From NCBI GenBank assembly GCA_041650895.1, contig JBAZKF010000001.1, forward strand, positions 145,685 to 209,684: a DNA stretch of 64,000 nt, given 5' to 3'. A model generated the notes under the pieces. It was not told the origin of the DNA, ran no database searches, and was given only the letters and a program-made list of their open reading frames with translations. This document shows, piece by piece, positions 8,621-17,433 of the stretch. A program made the translations under genes and the position numbers. The DNA comes from Patescibacteria group bacterium. Its GTDB lineage: Bacteria; Patescibacteriota; Patescibacteriia; 2-01-FULL-39-33. Position 1 is the first letter of the stretch. Every line of letters starts with the position of its first letter.

Positions 8621-9440
8621 AAGTCAGATCCTTTAGTTGTGCAACTTTTTTAGCCACAAATTCCACGTATTGCGGAACATTCCTGGCTCCGCGGTGCGGC
8701 TCCGGAGACAGGAAGGGCGCATCGGTTTCAATCAAAATCCTATCAAGCGGCGTCTCCCGAACTATCTGTTGGAGTTCTTCGGATTTTTTCTTGAATGTTA
8801 TAATGCCGGTAAAACCCAAATATAAACCGAGTCGCAAAAATTGCTTGGCTTGTTCGGCATTACCGCCAAAGCAATGCACTACTCCTTTGACTTTCCTATC
8901 GGAGCCAATCTTGTCTTGTAAAATGCGCAAAATATCATCATAGGCATCAGTCGGGTTAGCAACAGAGCCTCGGCTGTGGATAACCAAGGGCAGATTAAGT
9001 TCTTCAGCCAAAGCGATAAAACCACGGAAGGCCTGCTCTTGTTTAATCTTCAATTGCGCGATCTCCGCAACAGAAAATTTACCGAAATAAAAATAATCCA
9101 ATCCGGTTTCGCCGACAGCCACGACTTTCTTGGATGATCGGGCTAACTGGCGGTATTTATTAGCATCAAAATCCTCTTGCGCGGTCTTAAAAGTCTGCGG
9201 TTTGCCTTCAATAATAATAGTTTCTTCCCCCGCTTCAATTAAATGAAGCGGGTGCAATCCGACTACGGCATAAACCCCGCGCGGAAATTTTTCCGCCAAA
9301 TTAATCGCCCGTTCGGAAGTGGAATATTGCGCGCCCACATTCAATAAGGCGTAATTAGACGATAAAAAATCAGCCGCCACTTTAGTGGCGTCATCTCTAA
9401 AGGAAATGAAGTTTAGATGGCAATGAGAGTCTACCAACAT
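8565..9440 (-). CDS. tatD: TatD family metal-dependent hydrolase/DNase
   Basis: 291 aa. MLVDSHCHLNF (HxH), an internal GETGLDY, and ETDAPFL near the C-terminus. Confidence 0.9.
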   Translation of the reverse strand: MLVDSHCHLNFISFRDDATKVAADFLSSNYALLNVGAQYSTSERAINLAEKFPRGVYAVVGLHPLHLIEAGEETIIIEGKPQTFKTAQEDFDANKYRQLARSSKKVVAVGETGLDYFYFGKFSVAEIAQLKIKQEQAFRGFIALAEELNLPLVIHSRGSVANPTDAYDDILRILQDKIGSDRKVKGVVHCFGGNAEQAKQFLRLGLYLGFTGIITFKKKSEELQQIVRETPLDRILIETDAPFLSPEPHRGARNVPQYVEFVAKKVAQLKDLTYGEVAEATTKNAKELFGI

Positions 9441-9443
9441 ACA

Positions 9444-9968
9444 TTAAAATATTGACTGTATTCTATTAAACGCCTCGGGCAAAAGCTTAGTCAGCCAAGT
9501 GGCCGACAAAACCAGCCAATAAGCTATCTGGGAATTGCCCAAAAAATTCTTAACTAAAGAAATATCTGGAGCAATTTTGGCTAAAACGAATATTATAATG
9601 CCGGAAGTCAAAACACCTTCCACTAACCCCAATAGCGCGCCGCCCAGCCGATTCAAAGAACCCAAAAAAGGAATAATGGAAATCAACTTAAAGCCACGAT
9701 CAACCAGATAAAATAATAAAACCGTCAAACGGTTTACTGCAATAAAAACAAATAAGAAGGCAACGATTCTAGCGGCGATAGCATGGCCCATCAGCACCGG
9801 CGTCAGCCAATCGGCTACCGGCATAAAATAATGGCCGGCCACCCAAGTGCCAAAGATCATGCCGACCAAAGCGCCAATCGTGCGTATCAGTCCCATAACA
9901 AAGCCCCACATCACGAAAATTAAAACAATAATAATCAAAATGACGTCGACAAGCGTAAAAACCATCAT
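9444..9968 (-). CDS. cvpA: CvpA family membrane protein
   Basis: 174 aa with four hydrophobic helices. The N-terminus VDVILIIIVLIFVMWGFVMGLIRTIGALVG is typical of CvpA. Confidence 0.75.
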   Translation of the reverse strand: MMVFTLVDVILIIIVLIFVMWGFVMGLIRTIGALVGMIFGTWVAGHYFMPVADWLTPVLMGHAIAARIVAFLFVFIAVNRLTVLLFYLVDRGFKLISIIPFLGSLNRLGGALLGLVEGVLTSGIIIFVLAKIAPDISLVKNFLGNSQIAYWLVLSATWLTKLLPEAFNRIQSIF

Positions 9969-9993
9969 ATAGATAGCTTATGATTAATATTTA

Positions 9994-11490
9994 CTATATC
10001 CTGGGGAATAAGCCAGTGATCTTCTCTACTTTACTCTGGGGCTCCAAAAGACCCCAAACAGTCAAGGTTTTATAATCTTGGCCAAAAAAGCCTGCTTGAC
10101 CCAAGGCGGTCATAATCCTTTCTCCACTTTCCGGCATAATCGGCCAAAGCAAGACACCGACATGACGCAATAACTCCAGTAAGTTATAGATTACTTCTTC
10201 TAATCTTTTAACATCGGTCTTAGCCAGTTCCCAAGGCTTATTTTTTTCCACATAAGCGTCACCCAAAGCGACTAAGCCCTTAACCGCTTCAATGCCGTTA
10301 TCAGGCAGGAAATCACTCATAGCTTGATTATATTGCCCGATGAGCTTTTCAGTTTCCGCTTTCAATTCGTTATCGCGATTCGGCACTAAACCAGCAAAAT
10401 ATTTTTCGGCCATGGCCGTAACGCGGGAAGAAAAATTACCGATACCATTGGCCAAATCTGAATTATACTGAATAACAAACTTATCCGCCTTGATATCTCC
10501 GTCCTGTCCGAACGGAAATTGCGACAGCAACAAATACCTGATAGCGTCAACGCCAAATCCTTTAGCTAATTCTAAGGGGTCAATAATATTACCCAAAGAT
10601 TTGCCCATCTTATGCCCGTCAACCGTAAAGAAACCATGGGCAAAAATAGTCATGGGGGGTTGGATTTCCGCGGCCAATAGCATGGCCGGCCAAAAAATAC
10701 AATGAAACTTAATAATGTCCTTGCCGATAACGTGTACATCAGCCGGCCAAAACTTATCCAGCTTAGCTTCGTCGCCGGAACCATAACCCAAAGCATTAAT
10801 ATAATTACTTAGAGCATCGGCCCAAACATAAGTAACTTGTGTCGGATCCCAAGGCAAAGGTATGCCCCATTTGAGATTTTGACGAGAAATGGAAAAATCA
10901 GACAACTCCTGTTTGAATAAGCCCAGCACTTCTTTCTTTTTGCTGGCAGGCAGGATCCTAATTTTATCCGTATCAATTAATCGCTCTACTTCCGGCAAAT
11001 ACTTCTTCAAATTGAAAAAGTAATTCTTTTCTTCAATAAGCTCCGGCTTGGTTTGGTGCACCGGACATAAACCGCCGACCAAATCCTTTTCTGTCACAAA
11101 AGCCTCACAACCCTTACAATAATAACCCTCATACTTGCCCTCGTAAATCGCTTCGGCCTCTTTTAACCTTAACAGCAGTTTAGTGACGCCATCCTTGTGG
11201 CGGTCGGAAGTAGTGCGAATAAAATCATCATTAGAAATATTAAGCGCGTCCCAAGCGAATTGCCATTTAGCCGCCATAGCGTCGCAGAATTCCTGCGGCG
11301 ATGCATTAGCGGCCGCAGCCGAATCTGACATTTTCTGGCCATGCTCATCCACACCGGTTAGATAGTAAACTTCATCGCCGAGTAAACGATGATAACGTGC
11401 CAGAACATCAGCAGCGATTGTCGGATAAGCCGAGCCGATATGCGGTTCGGCGTTAGAATAATAAATTGGGGTGGTTATGTAAAACTTCAT
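9994..11490 (-). CDS. metG: Methionine--tRNA ligase (short form, no C-terminal dimerisation domain)
   Basis: 498 aa. TTPIYYSNAEPHIGSAY (HIGH region), a CxxC...C knuckle (CKGCEAF...CPVH) and KMGKSLGN (KMSKS). Confidence 0.95.
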   Translation of the reverse strand: MKFYITTPIYYSNAEPHIGSAYPTIAADVLARYHRLLGDEVYYLTGVDEHGQKMSDSAAAANASPQEFCDAMAAKWQFAWDALNISNDDFIRTTSDRHKDGVTKLLLRLKEAEAIYEGKYEGYYCKGCEAFVTEKDLVGGLCPVHQTKPELIEEKNYFFNLKKYLPEVERLIDTDKIRILPASKKKEVLGLFKQELSDFSISRQNLKWGIPLPWDPTQVTYVWADALSNYINALGYGSGDEAKLDKFWPADVHVIGKDIIKFHCIFWPAMLLAAEIQPPMTIFAHGFFTVDGHKMGKSLGNIIDPLELAKGFGVDAIRYLLLSQFPFGQDGDIKADKFVIQYNSDLANGIGNFSSRVTAMAEKYFAGLVPNRDNELKAETEKLIGQYNQAMSDFLPDNGIEAVKGLVALGDAYVEKNKPWELAKTDVKRLEEVIYNLLELLRHVGVLLWPIMPESGERIMTALGQAGFFGQDYKTLTVWGLLEPQSKVEKITGLFPRI

Positions 11491-11554
11491 AAATTAATAT
11501 TTATTTCTTCCATTTTTATAATTCGTAGTTCGTAATTATTGATTCATAATTGGC

Positions 11555-12241
11555 CTACTTTCCTTCCACTACCACAACAAACTCGCCTTTGGTAGTATCG
11601 GACTTTAATTGATCTAAAATTTGCTTGATATTGCCGCGATAAACGGTTTCAAATTTCTTCGTCAGTTCGCGACCCACAACGATTCGCCTGCCATTATCCG
11701 CCCCGGGGGGCATCATCTCGTTTAACTTTTCCAAAGATTTGATAATCCGATGAGTAGATTCATAAAACACTGTCGTCTCTCCACTGTCAATTATTCTTTT
11801 CAGTATTGTCTCCTTGCCTTTCTTATGAGGCAAAAAGCCCAAGAACAGAAAACGATCGGTCGGCAAGCCGGAAATAGACAAAAGGGCGACAATAGCTGAC
11901 GGACCGGGAATAGGGATAATCTCGCACTGACTGCCAAATCTTTTGACTGCCGCTTCCACCAACAAATTGCCCGGATCGGAAATTCCCGGAGTCCCTGCGT
12001 CAGTAATAACCGCCATCTCCCCCGTCTCGGCCAGCTTATCCAACAAAAAATCCACCTTGCCGGCTGAGCTATGCTGGTGATAGGAAACTGTTTTGGTTTT
12101 GATATCGTAAGCCGCTAAAAGCTTGCTGGAAACACGCGTGTCTTCGCAAGCAATCAAAGGCACGGACTTGAGTACCTCCAAAGCCCGGAGAGTTATATCT
12201 TTTAAATTTCCCAGCGGCGTCGCGACAATATAGAGTTTCAT
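11555..12241 (-). CDS. rsmI: 16S rRNA (cytidine1402-2'-O)-methyltransferase
   Basis: 228 aa. MKLYIVATPLGNLKDITLRALEVLKSVPLIACEDTR and the tetrapyrrole-methylase fold motif TDAGTPGISDPG. Confidence 0.9.
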   Translation of the reverse strand: MKLYIVATPLGNLKDITLRALEVLKSVPLIACEDTRVSSKLLAAYDIKTKTVSYHQHSSAGKVDFLLDKLAETGEMAVITDAGTPGISDPGNLLVEAAVKRFGSQCEIIPIPGPSAIVALLSISGLPTDRFLFLGFLPHKKGKETILKRIIDSGETTVFYESTHRIIKSLEKLNEMMPPGADNGRRIVVGRELTKKFETVYRGNIKQILDQLKSDTTKGEFVVVVEGK

Positions 12242-12286
12242 AAAAAAACTATACCATTTTTAAGCAAAAAAAGCAACTTTAATTAT

Positions 12287-12320
12287 AAAACCCGCACGAC
12301 GATATGGCGTACGGGTTTTT
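12287..12320 (-). terminator. Hairpin terminator after the thioredoxin-like gene
   Basis: ACCCGCACG (12290-12298) pairs with CGTACGGGT (12308-12316) with one mismatch. It is flanked by A4 and T5 runs and could act in both directions. Confidence 0.55.
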
Positions 12321-12346
12321 AACTTTTCAATAACTGTAATACCTGT

Positions 12347-13270
12347 TTATTTGGTGGTTGCCGTAGTCTGGGTTGTGGCCGAACCGGAAGCCTTAGTCGC
12401 ATCCGCTTTCACCTCTGTACCGGTCGTCAGATCCTTATAATCTCCCATCAGATCTAAATTAGTGAAGATATAAGTACCGTCATCAGCGACAATTCCCACA
12501 TCCGCCCAAGCCTGAGTGAACACCAGGTACTCGCTGACTTCTCCGCTGATTAATATTGTCGGCGCTTTGGTTATCTTGTACTTCTCAACCAAATCTTTGC
12601 CGGCAGGCGAAGAAATATCTACAGTTTTAGCTCGGTTAGTCGGCACGCCTAAGTTTTCCAAAGCCGTTGCATGAGTCTTGACATCATAACAAGTCTTGCA
12701 AGATTCATCAGTCAAATAAGTAACCAATATTTCTCCTTTGAGTTTATTTAAAGCCAAGTCATAATACGGCGCTAAAATTTTGGTCAAGACAAATTGATTA
12801 TCAACAGTATTACCCAAAGTGCTGGTGAAAAAAGCAGCTAAATCAGGATTTTTGCTAAAATCTGTTTCTACTACGACAGTCGGGACTTTGGTTACTTGTA
12901 ACTTCTTAGCTAACGCCTTGCCTTTACTCCAGGGCCACCAACCATCAACCTTGAGGGTTTCCACATCGGTGATTTTGATGCTTCTGCTTTTTAAAGCGTC
13001 AATAAATAAGCTAGTATCCCAGCATTTATTACCACAATGCGTAGAAGTTAAAACAATCACTTTGGCTTCAGCAATAGGATTAGCCGGTTGGGAATCGTCT
13101 TTCTTTCCGTCCCACACGCCGGATAGCCACAAGACCAACACCAAAATAACAATAATGACTAAAGCAATGGCCAAACCGATTATCAAACCGCGCTTGAAAT
13201 TGCTTTGCCCTTCGCGTTTAGCGCAAACATTCTTGCACCAGTCAGAAATTTTAGAAATAATTTTCTTCAT
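12347..13270 (-). CDS. Membrane-anchored protein with two thioredoxin/glutaredoxin-like repeats and a Thr-rich tail
   Basis: ATG 13270 is preferred over the TTG at 13312, which overlaps the upstream gene. It has a TM anchor (LIIGLAIALVIIVILVLVLWL) and two similar modules carrying CGNKC and CKTC followed by KVPTVVV / KAPTILI. The C-terminal tail is ATKASGSATTQTTATTK. Confidence 0.45.
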   Translation of the reverse strand: MKKIISKISDWCKNVCAKREGQSNFKRGLIIGLAIALVIIVILVLVLWLSGVWDGKKDDSQPANPIAEAKVIVLTSTHCGNKCWDTSLFIDALKSRSIKITDVETLKVDGWWPWSKGKALAKKLQVTKVPTVVVETDFSKNPDLAAFFTSTLGNTVDNQFVLTKILAPYYDLALNKLKGEILVTYLTDESCKTCYDVKTHATALENLGVPTNRAKTVDISSPAGKDLVEKYKITKAPTILISGEVSEYLVFTQAWADVGIVADDGTYIFTNLDLMGDYKDLTTGTEVKADATKASGSATTQTTATTK

Positions 13271-13302
13271 ATTTTTTAACGATAAATATATAATCTGATT
13301 AA

Positions 13303-14454
13303 TTAACAGCAAAATAGCTCATCTGGTGTAGCACCTTCTGGGACTTCGCCGAAAGGATTGCCGTAGTGCTTTAAGTTTTTAAGCATTTTGGCATTAACCT
13401 CGCTAATCTTGCCTTCGGCGGTAAATTTCTCGCGATAAACTCTGGTAATATTCTGCCAATCAATCTTGGCCGGACAGTTGACTGTGCAATTCTGGCACAG
13501 AGTGCAAGTAGAATTAGTTTTATTGTTTGAGACCTTGGGCATGGTCAAAGTCAGATTCCAAGCCGGGCAAAGGTTATAACAAGCTCCACAATGGATACAG
13601 TATAACATACTTTCCAACTCGGTGCCAACTTTTTTATAGGATTGCCCTTCAATCAGAATTACCGCCAAATCCTGAGCTCCTTGCACACCGGTAATTAACT
13701 CGTTTTCAATATCGGCTGTTTGCGACGGTCCGCCAATAAACGACACGTAAGACGTCCAACTCTGACCGGTCCCCCAAACCGCAGCCGCCTTGGCAATTTT
13801 AATCGCGTCGTCATACGAGGCCACGACTTTTTCCACGTTAGCCACAGCAATATGCAGCTTGGGCAAACGAGTGATCAGAGAAATATTGCCTTCGTTCTCA
13901 AGTAGCATGATTTGCCCGTCGGCGGTAACGGCGTTAACGCCGGTCAACCCCACTTCGGCGGATAAGATCTTCTCCCTGATAACAGTTTTCAATTTATTCA
14001 CTAATTCTTTAGGGTTAGCCGGCAAATCAATCCCTTTCTGTTTGAATCTCGCAACGATTTCTTCCACCCGTAAATCAATAGCCGGCAAAACCGGATGATC
14101 GCTGTCACCGCCGATTTGCGAGACAATATAAGCACCCAAATCGGTCTCTGTCAATTTATCGCCCAGGATTTCTTTTAAACTTAATTTATCCAAAGTGTTG
14201 GACTTGCTTTTGACTGCCTGGCTTGAGCCGACTAACTCTTTAATTAATGCGGTAGCGGCAATATTGTCCTTGACCACATAAACCTTAGCGCCGGCTTGCT
14301 CTAATTTGTTCTTGGCCTTTTCTACTAATTCTGCCAGCCTGGCTGCTGCATTTTTTTTCAAATCAAAAATCTGATCGCGCAGCTTCTCCTGATCTTCACG
14401 GCTTAAGGCGGTATCTCGCTTGCTAAGATAATTGTAAACAAAATCGCGATTCAT
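13303..14454 (-). CDS. LutB-like LUD-domain iron-sulfur protein
   Basis: 383 aa. An N-terminal LUD/DUF162-like region is followed by two ferredoxin-type clusters, CIHCGACYNLCP and CTLCQNCTVNCP. Confidence 0.7.
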   Translation of the reverse strand: MNRDFVYNYLSKRDTALSREDQEKLRDQIFDLKKNAAARLAELVEKAKNKLEQAGAKVYVVKDNIAATALIKELVGSSQAVKSKSNTLDKLSLKEILGDKLTETDLGAYIVSQIGGDSDHPVLPAIDLRVEEIVARFKQKGIDLPANPKELVNKLKTVIREKILSAEVGLTGVNAVTADGQIMLLENEGNISLITRLPKLHIAVANVEKVVASYDDAIKIAKAAAVWGTGQSWTSYVSFIGGPSQTADIENELITGVQGAQDLAVILIEGQSYKKVGTELESMLYCIHCGACYNLCPAWNLTLTMPKVSNNKTNSTCTLCQNCTVNCPAKIDWQNITRVYREKFTAEGKISEVNAKMLKNLKHYGNPFGEVPEGATPDELFCC

Positions 14455-14456
14455 AA

Positions 14457-15209
14457 TTATATTTTTCCTAATAGCACTTCGGAAAACTCTACGACTTTAA
14501 TTTTATCGCCCACGCCATTGCGCAAATTATAGGTACACATAGGGCAAGGCGTAACTAAATATTCGGCAGCTGTGTCCACGGCTTGACTCACTCGCTCGGT
14601 TGCGATCTTTTCCGCCAATTCCTTATGATTGGATTGCACTCCCCCGCCCGCTCCGCAACAAAAAGCATGTTCGCGGTTCAGTACCATCTCTTGCAAATCA
14701 ACGCCCAGAAGTTTAAGCAATTCCCGCGGTTCCTCATAAATCCGGCCATGCCGCCCCAAATGGCAGGGATCATGGTAAGTGGCTTTGATTTTTGCTGCCG
14801 GCAAATTCAGTTTCCCACTTTTCAATTTCTTCAGTAGATAAGTAGTCATGTGCTCAACCTCAATATCCCACAAGTCTGACAGAATTTTAGGATATTCATG
14901 GCTGAATACGCGATAGCAAGCCGGACAGCCCGTAATGATTTTTGTAATATTATACTGCTTGAACAATTGCAGATTTTTCTCGGCTAAAGATTCGGCCTCG
15001 GCCTTAAAACCGGCATTAATGGCCGGCGAACCGCAGCAAACCTCCTTATCCGGCAGAACAATGGGATCCTCTCCGCACATTTCCAATAGTTTTTTGTAAT
15101 TATCAAAAATATCCTTAGCCACGTATTTGGTCAGGCAGCCGGGATAATATAAGGTATTGCCGGAAGATTTTAAGACTTTATCTAAAAAAGACATAATTTT
15201 AACTGGCAA
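14457..15209 (-). CDS. LutA/GlpC-like (Fe-S)-binding oxidoreductase with two CCG cysteine-rich domains
   Basis: 250 aa. YYPGCL...CCGSP and YHDPCHLGRH...CCGAGGG are the hallmark CCG motifs. Confidence 0.8.
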   Translation of the reverse strand: MPVKIMSFLDKVLKSSGNTLYYPGCLTKYVAKDIFDNYKKLLEMCGEDPIVLPDKEVCCGSPAINAGFKAEAESLAEKNLQLFKQYNITKIITGCPACYRVFSHEYPKILSDLWDIEVEHMTTYLLKKLKSGKLNLPAAKIKATYHDPCHLGRHGRIYEEPRELLKLLGVDLQEMVLNREHAFCCGAGGGVQSNHKELAEKIATERVSQAVDTAAEYLVTPCPMCTYNLRNGVGDKIKVVEFSEVLLGKI

Positions 15210-15306
15210 TTATGTAAATATCTTATCAAAAATATGTTAATTTGGCAATTTGGCCCTGTAAATTATGAAGTTAAAACCATCCGGCTGGAATTAACAAATT
15301 ATCATC

Positions 15307-15344
15307 AAAATAAAAGCCGCGCGACAACATACGTCATCGCACGG
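15307..15344 (-). terminator. Rho-independent terminator of the orphan gene
   Basis: On the minus strand, CCGUGCGAUGAC / GUUGUCGCGCGG forms a 12-bp stem including G-U pairs (15317-15344), followed by CUUUUAUUUU (15307-15316). Confidence 0.5.
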
Positions 15345-15351
15345 AAAATTC

Positions 15352-15394
15352 AAGGGATTAAGGTTCAGGGATCCAGGGAGCCAAGGATCCAAGG
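15352..15394. repeat. Short imperfect 8-nt-period repeat in the orphan gene 3' UTR
   Basis: AAGGGATT AAGGTTC AGGGATCC AGGGAGCC AAGGATCC AAGG, containing two GGATCC palindromes. Confidence 0.4.
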
Positions 15395-15409
15395 TGTCAG
15401 ATTGTCTAC

Positions 15410-16099
15410 CTACCGGCAAGCAGGCTCGCGGACAACCGCAAAACACCAGTCGCTACTGAAGTTACCCCCGAGCTTATCCATATCCAAACAGCGCCCCAAA
15501 CCAATCATACGAAGACAAGCAAAACCACGGCCGAAGGTAAACTCCAAAATTGAGCCCAAAGCGGCAATGGGAAATAGCCGTTGGAGTCCGGGTTGAGCCG
15601 CGCCCAACGCCAGGAGTTCTTCAATCTGAACGAAACGATAACGATAACCCGCTCCCCGACGCAACAACAAATCATTAACTTCTTTCAATTTGTCGATAAC
15701 CTGTTCGCCATTGTCAAAATTCTGACCAAAACAAAGCAACTCAACTATAATTTTTCGTTTGCCTGGTAGTGATCCCTTAATAATGCGTAACTGCTTGATG
15801 TCCGAATCTTCCCTGTCATAATGGCCAGCATAAATCATCTGTTCAATATTCTGACTAAGATCCACAACCACCTCGTAGCTGTTGACTGTATAAAGCAATA
15901 TAGCTTGCTTTGCAACGGTCTTAGCGTCACACACTTTGGCCATAACCAATTCGGCGATTTGCCGTCGCAGGCCACTGTCCGTCTCAATGAGACGAATCGC
16001 CTCGTCATCACCACCCAAGGACAGAATTTCGTCCGTCAGAGACTTCCAAATTTGCCACATAGTACCCAAGGCGCCCAAAAACTCACTCTTCTTTTTCAT
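15410..16099 (-). CDS. Hypothetical protein (no recognisable motif), independently transcribed
   Basis: ATG 16099 is preceded by GGGAGA and gives 229 aa (MKKKSEFLGALGTMWQIWKSL...). It has its own consensus promoter and its own terminator. The ORF track start at 16177 lies inside the promoter -10 region. Confidence 0.5.
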   Translation of the reverse strand: MKKKSEFLGALGTMWQIWKSLTDEILSLGGDDEAIRLIETDSGLRRQIAELVMAKVCDAKTVAKQAILLYTVNSYEVVVDLSQNIEQMIYAGHYDREDSDIKQLRIIKGSLPGKRKIIVELLCFGQNFDNGEQVIDKLKEVNDLLLRRGAGYRYRFVQIEELLALGAAQPGLQRLFPIAALGSILEFTFGRGFACLRMIGLGRCLDMDKLGGNFSSDWCFAVVREPACR

Positions 16100-16177
16100 G
16101 GTCTTTCTCCCATGCTGCGGCTTACCTCCTACTAGAGAACTATTCTCCAGCCTAAGGCCTACCAATGTACTGCACAC

Positions 16178-16206
16178 ATTATCTCACAATATTAATATTT
16201 TGTCAA
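16178..16206 (-). promoter_or_regulatory. Consensus sigma70-type promoter of the orphan gene
   Basis: On the minus strand: TTGACA (16206-16201), a 17-nt spacer, then the extended -10 TGaGATAAT (16186-16178). It is near-identical to the helicase promoter module. Confidence 0.6.
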
Positions 16207-16256
16207 GATATTTATCCACTTCACTGAGCAAATAATATTTTTATCTAATTTTGAAC

Positions 16257-16293
16257 AAAAAAATACGTTAAATCTGGAGTTTGACGTATTTTT
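16257..16293 (-). terminator. Hairpin terminator after the CcdA-fusion gene
   Basis: AAATACGT (16261-16268) pairs with ACGTATTT (16284-16291) around a 15-nt loop. A and T runs lie on both sides. Confidence 0.55.
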
Positions 16294-16331
16294 AACTGAC
16301 AGCGATAAAAATATAAAAACAACAACTAAAT

Positions 16332-17402
16332 TTAAAACAAAAAGATCAAACTCAGGCCCAATGCCACCAACACTAATCCCATAATGAGCCGTAGCCACTT
16401 GCGTTTAGACGTACGCCAGGATTCCAGCTGTTGGGGCGATACGCCCTTATAAACAATCGCCAGAATAATAAACAAGGGCGCCACAAAAACAACGTTATAA
16501 AACAGCAAATAAACCACCCCGCTCCAATAAGTGGTTTCTTGCGCCAGTAGCGCCAGAATGGCCAAGTAGAATCCGCCAGTGCAAGGCAACTCAAACAGGG
16601 CGACCAAAAATCCTAAAACAATTGCCGCCGGCAAGGAAGCGTGTTTGATATATTTTTCTAATAATGACCTCTTGCCTTCGGGAATAGCCAGAGTGATCCC
16701 CTGGCCGTACCAAAAAAAATCTTTGATATTAATAAGTCCGGCAATAATCGCCAGCCCCGCCGCCAGCCACAAAACATATTTACTAATAACGCTAAGCCAC
16801 TGAAGGGCTGCCAAAAGACCCAGCCCCGCCGCCAAATAAACGACATAAACAGTAATAACATAAGTAATACCGACCTTAAGCATCCGCTTCTTGGCGCCAA
16901 TGGCCAGAAGTGACAGCATCAAAAAGATCATAACCGAAAAGGCGCAGGGATTAATAGAATCAGCCAAGGCCGCCACAGTTACCGCCCAGACAGTCAGCTT
17001 GTGCGGACTATTGGTTGATACGGCAACGGTTTTAGACGAATCATCGCCAATCAAACCCAATTTAACTTTAAAAAAATCAATGATCGGCTGATCCCCGGAC
17101 AAGCACTGGCCCTCAAAATGCAAATAAGGCACGCCGATATCTTCGGGCGGCACGCTCTTTGCCACGCACAAATCATAAAACTCCTTGGCATTTTTGGGAT
17201 TTTGCGATACTTCCTTCTCTATGATGTTGTATTTTTTTAATATATCATATTGATCAAAAAACTCGTGGACCTTAAGGCAATGCGGGCAAGTGGCTGAATA
17301 ATAATAAATATTCTGATCATCACCGACCGGCGAATATTGAGCCAGCGTCAAGGCCGGCCAAAACATTGACAGCAAAACAATCAGATATATGATTTTTTTC
17401 AT
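16332..17402 (-). CDS. Thiol:disulfide interchange fusion: secreted glutaredoxin/thioredoxin-like domain + CcdA/DsbD transmembrane domain
   Basis: ATG 17402 (MKKIIYLIVLLSMFWPALTLA, a signal-like sequence). It has a CPHC redox motif and the DsbD-family TM motifs NPCAFSVMIFL and ELPCTGGFYLA. Confidence 0.8.
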   Translation of the reverse strand: MKKIIYLIVLLSMFWPALTLAQYSPVGDDQNIYYYSATCPHCLKVHEFFDQYDILKKYNIIEKEVSQNPKNAKEFYDLCVAKSVPPEDIGVPYLHFEGQCLSGDQPIIDFFKVKLGLIGDDSSKTVAVSTNSPHKLTVWAVTVAALADSINPCAFSVMIFLMLSLLAIGAKKRMLKVGITYVITVYVVYLAAGLGLLAALQWLSVISKYVLWLAAGLAIIAGLINIKDFFWYGQGITLAIPEGKRSLLEKYIKHASLPAAIVLGFLVALFELPCTGGFYLAILALLAQETTYWSGVVYLLFYNVVFVAPLFIILAIVYKGVSPQQLESWRTSKRKWLRLIMGLVLVALGLSLIFLF

Positions 17403-17433
17403 AGTTTTGTTTGGTGGTATTAGGGGAAAAAGG

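Noticed and set aside
12819-13298. A 159-aa + strand ORF opposite the thioredoxin-like gene
   Set aside because: It is antisense to a gene with coherent domain repeats and a TM anchor. Its translation is low-complexity and it has no upstream signals.
15234-15596. A 120-aa highly basic + strand ORF (KPRPK-rich) as a possible small nucleic-acid-binding protein
   Set aside because: It overlaps the 3' end of the minus-strand gene, which has a consensus promoter, RBS and terminator. It also runs through that gene's terminator and repeat region and has no RBS. It is most likely spurious, although I cannot exclude it without expression data.
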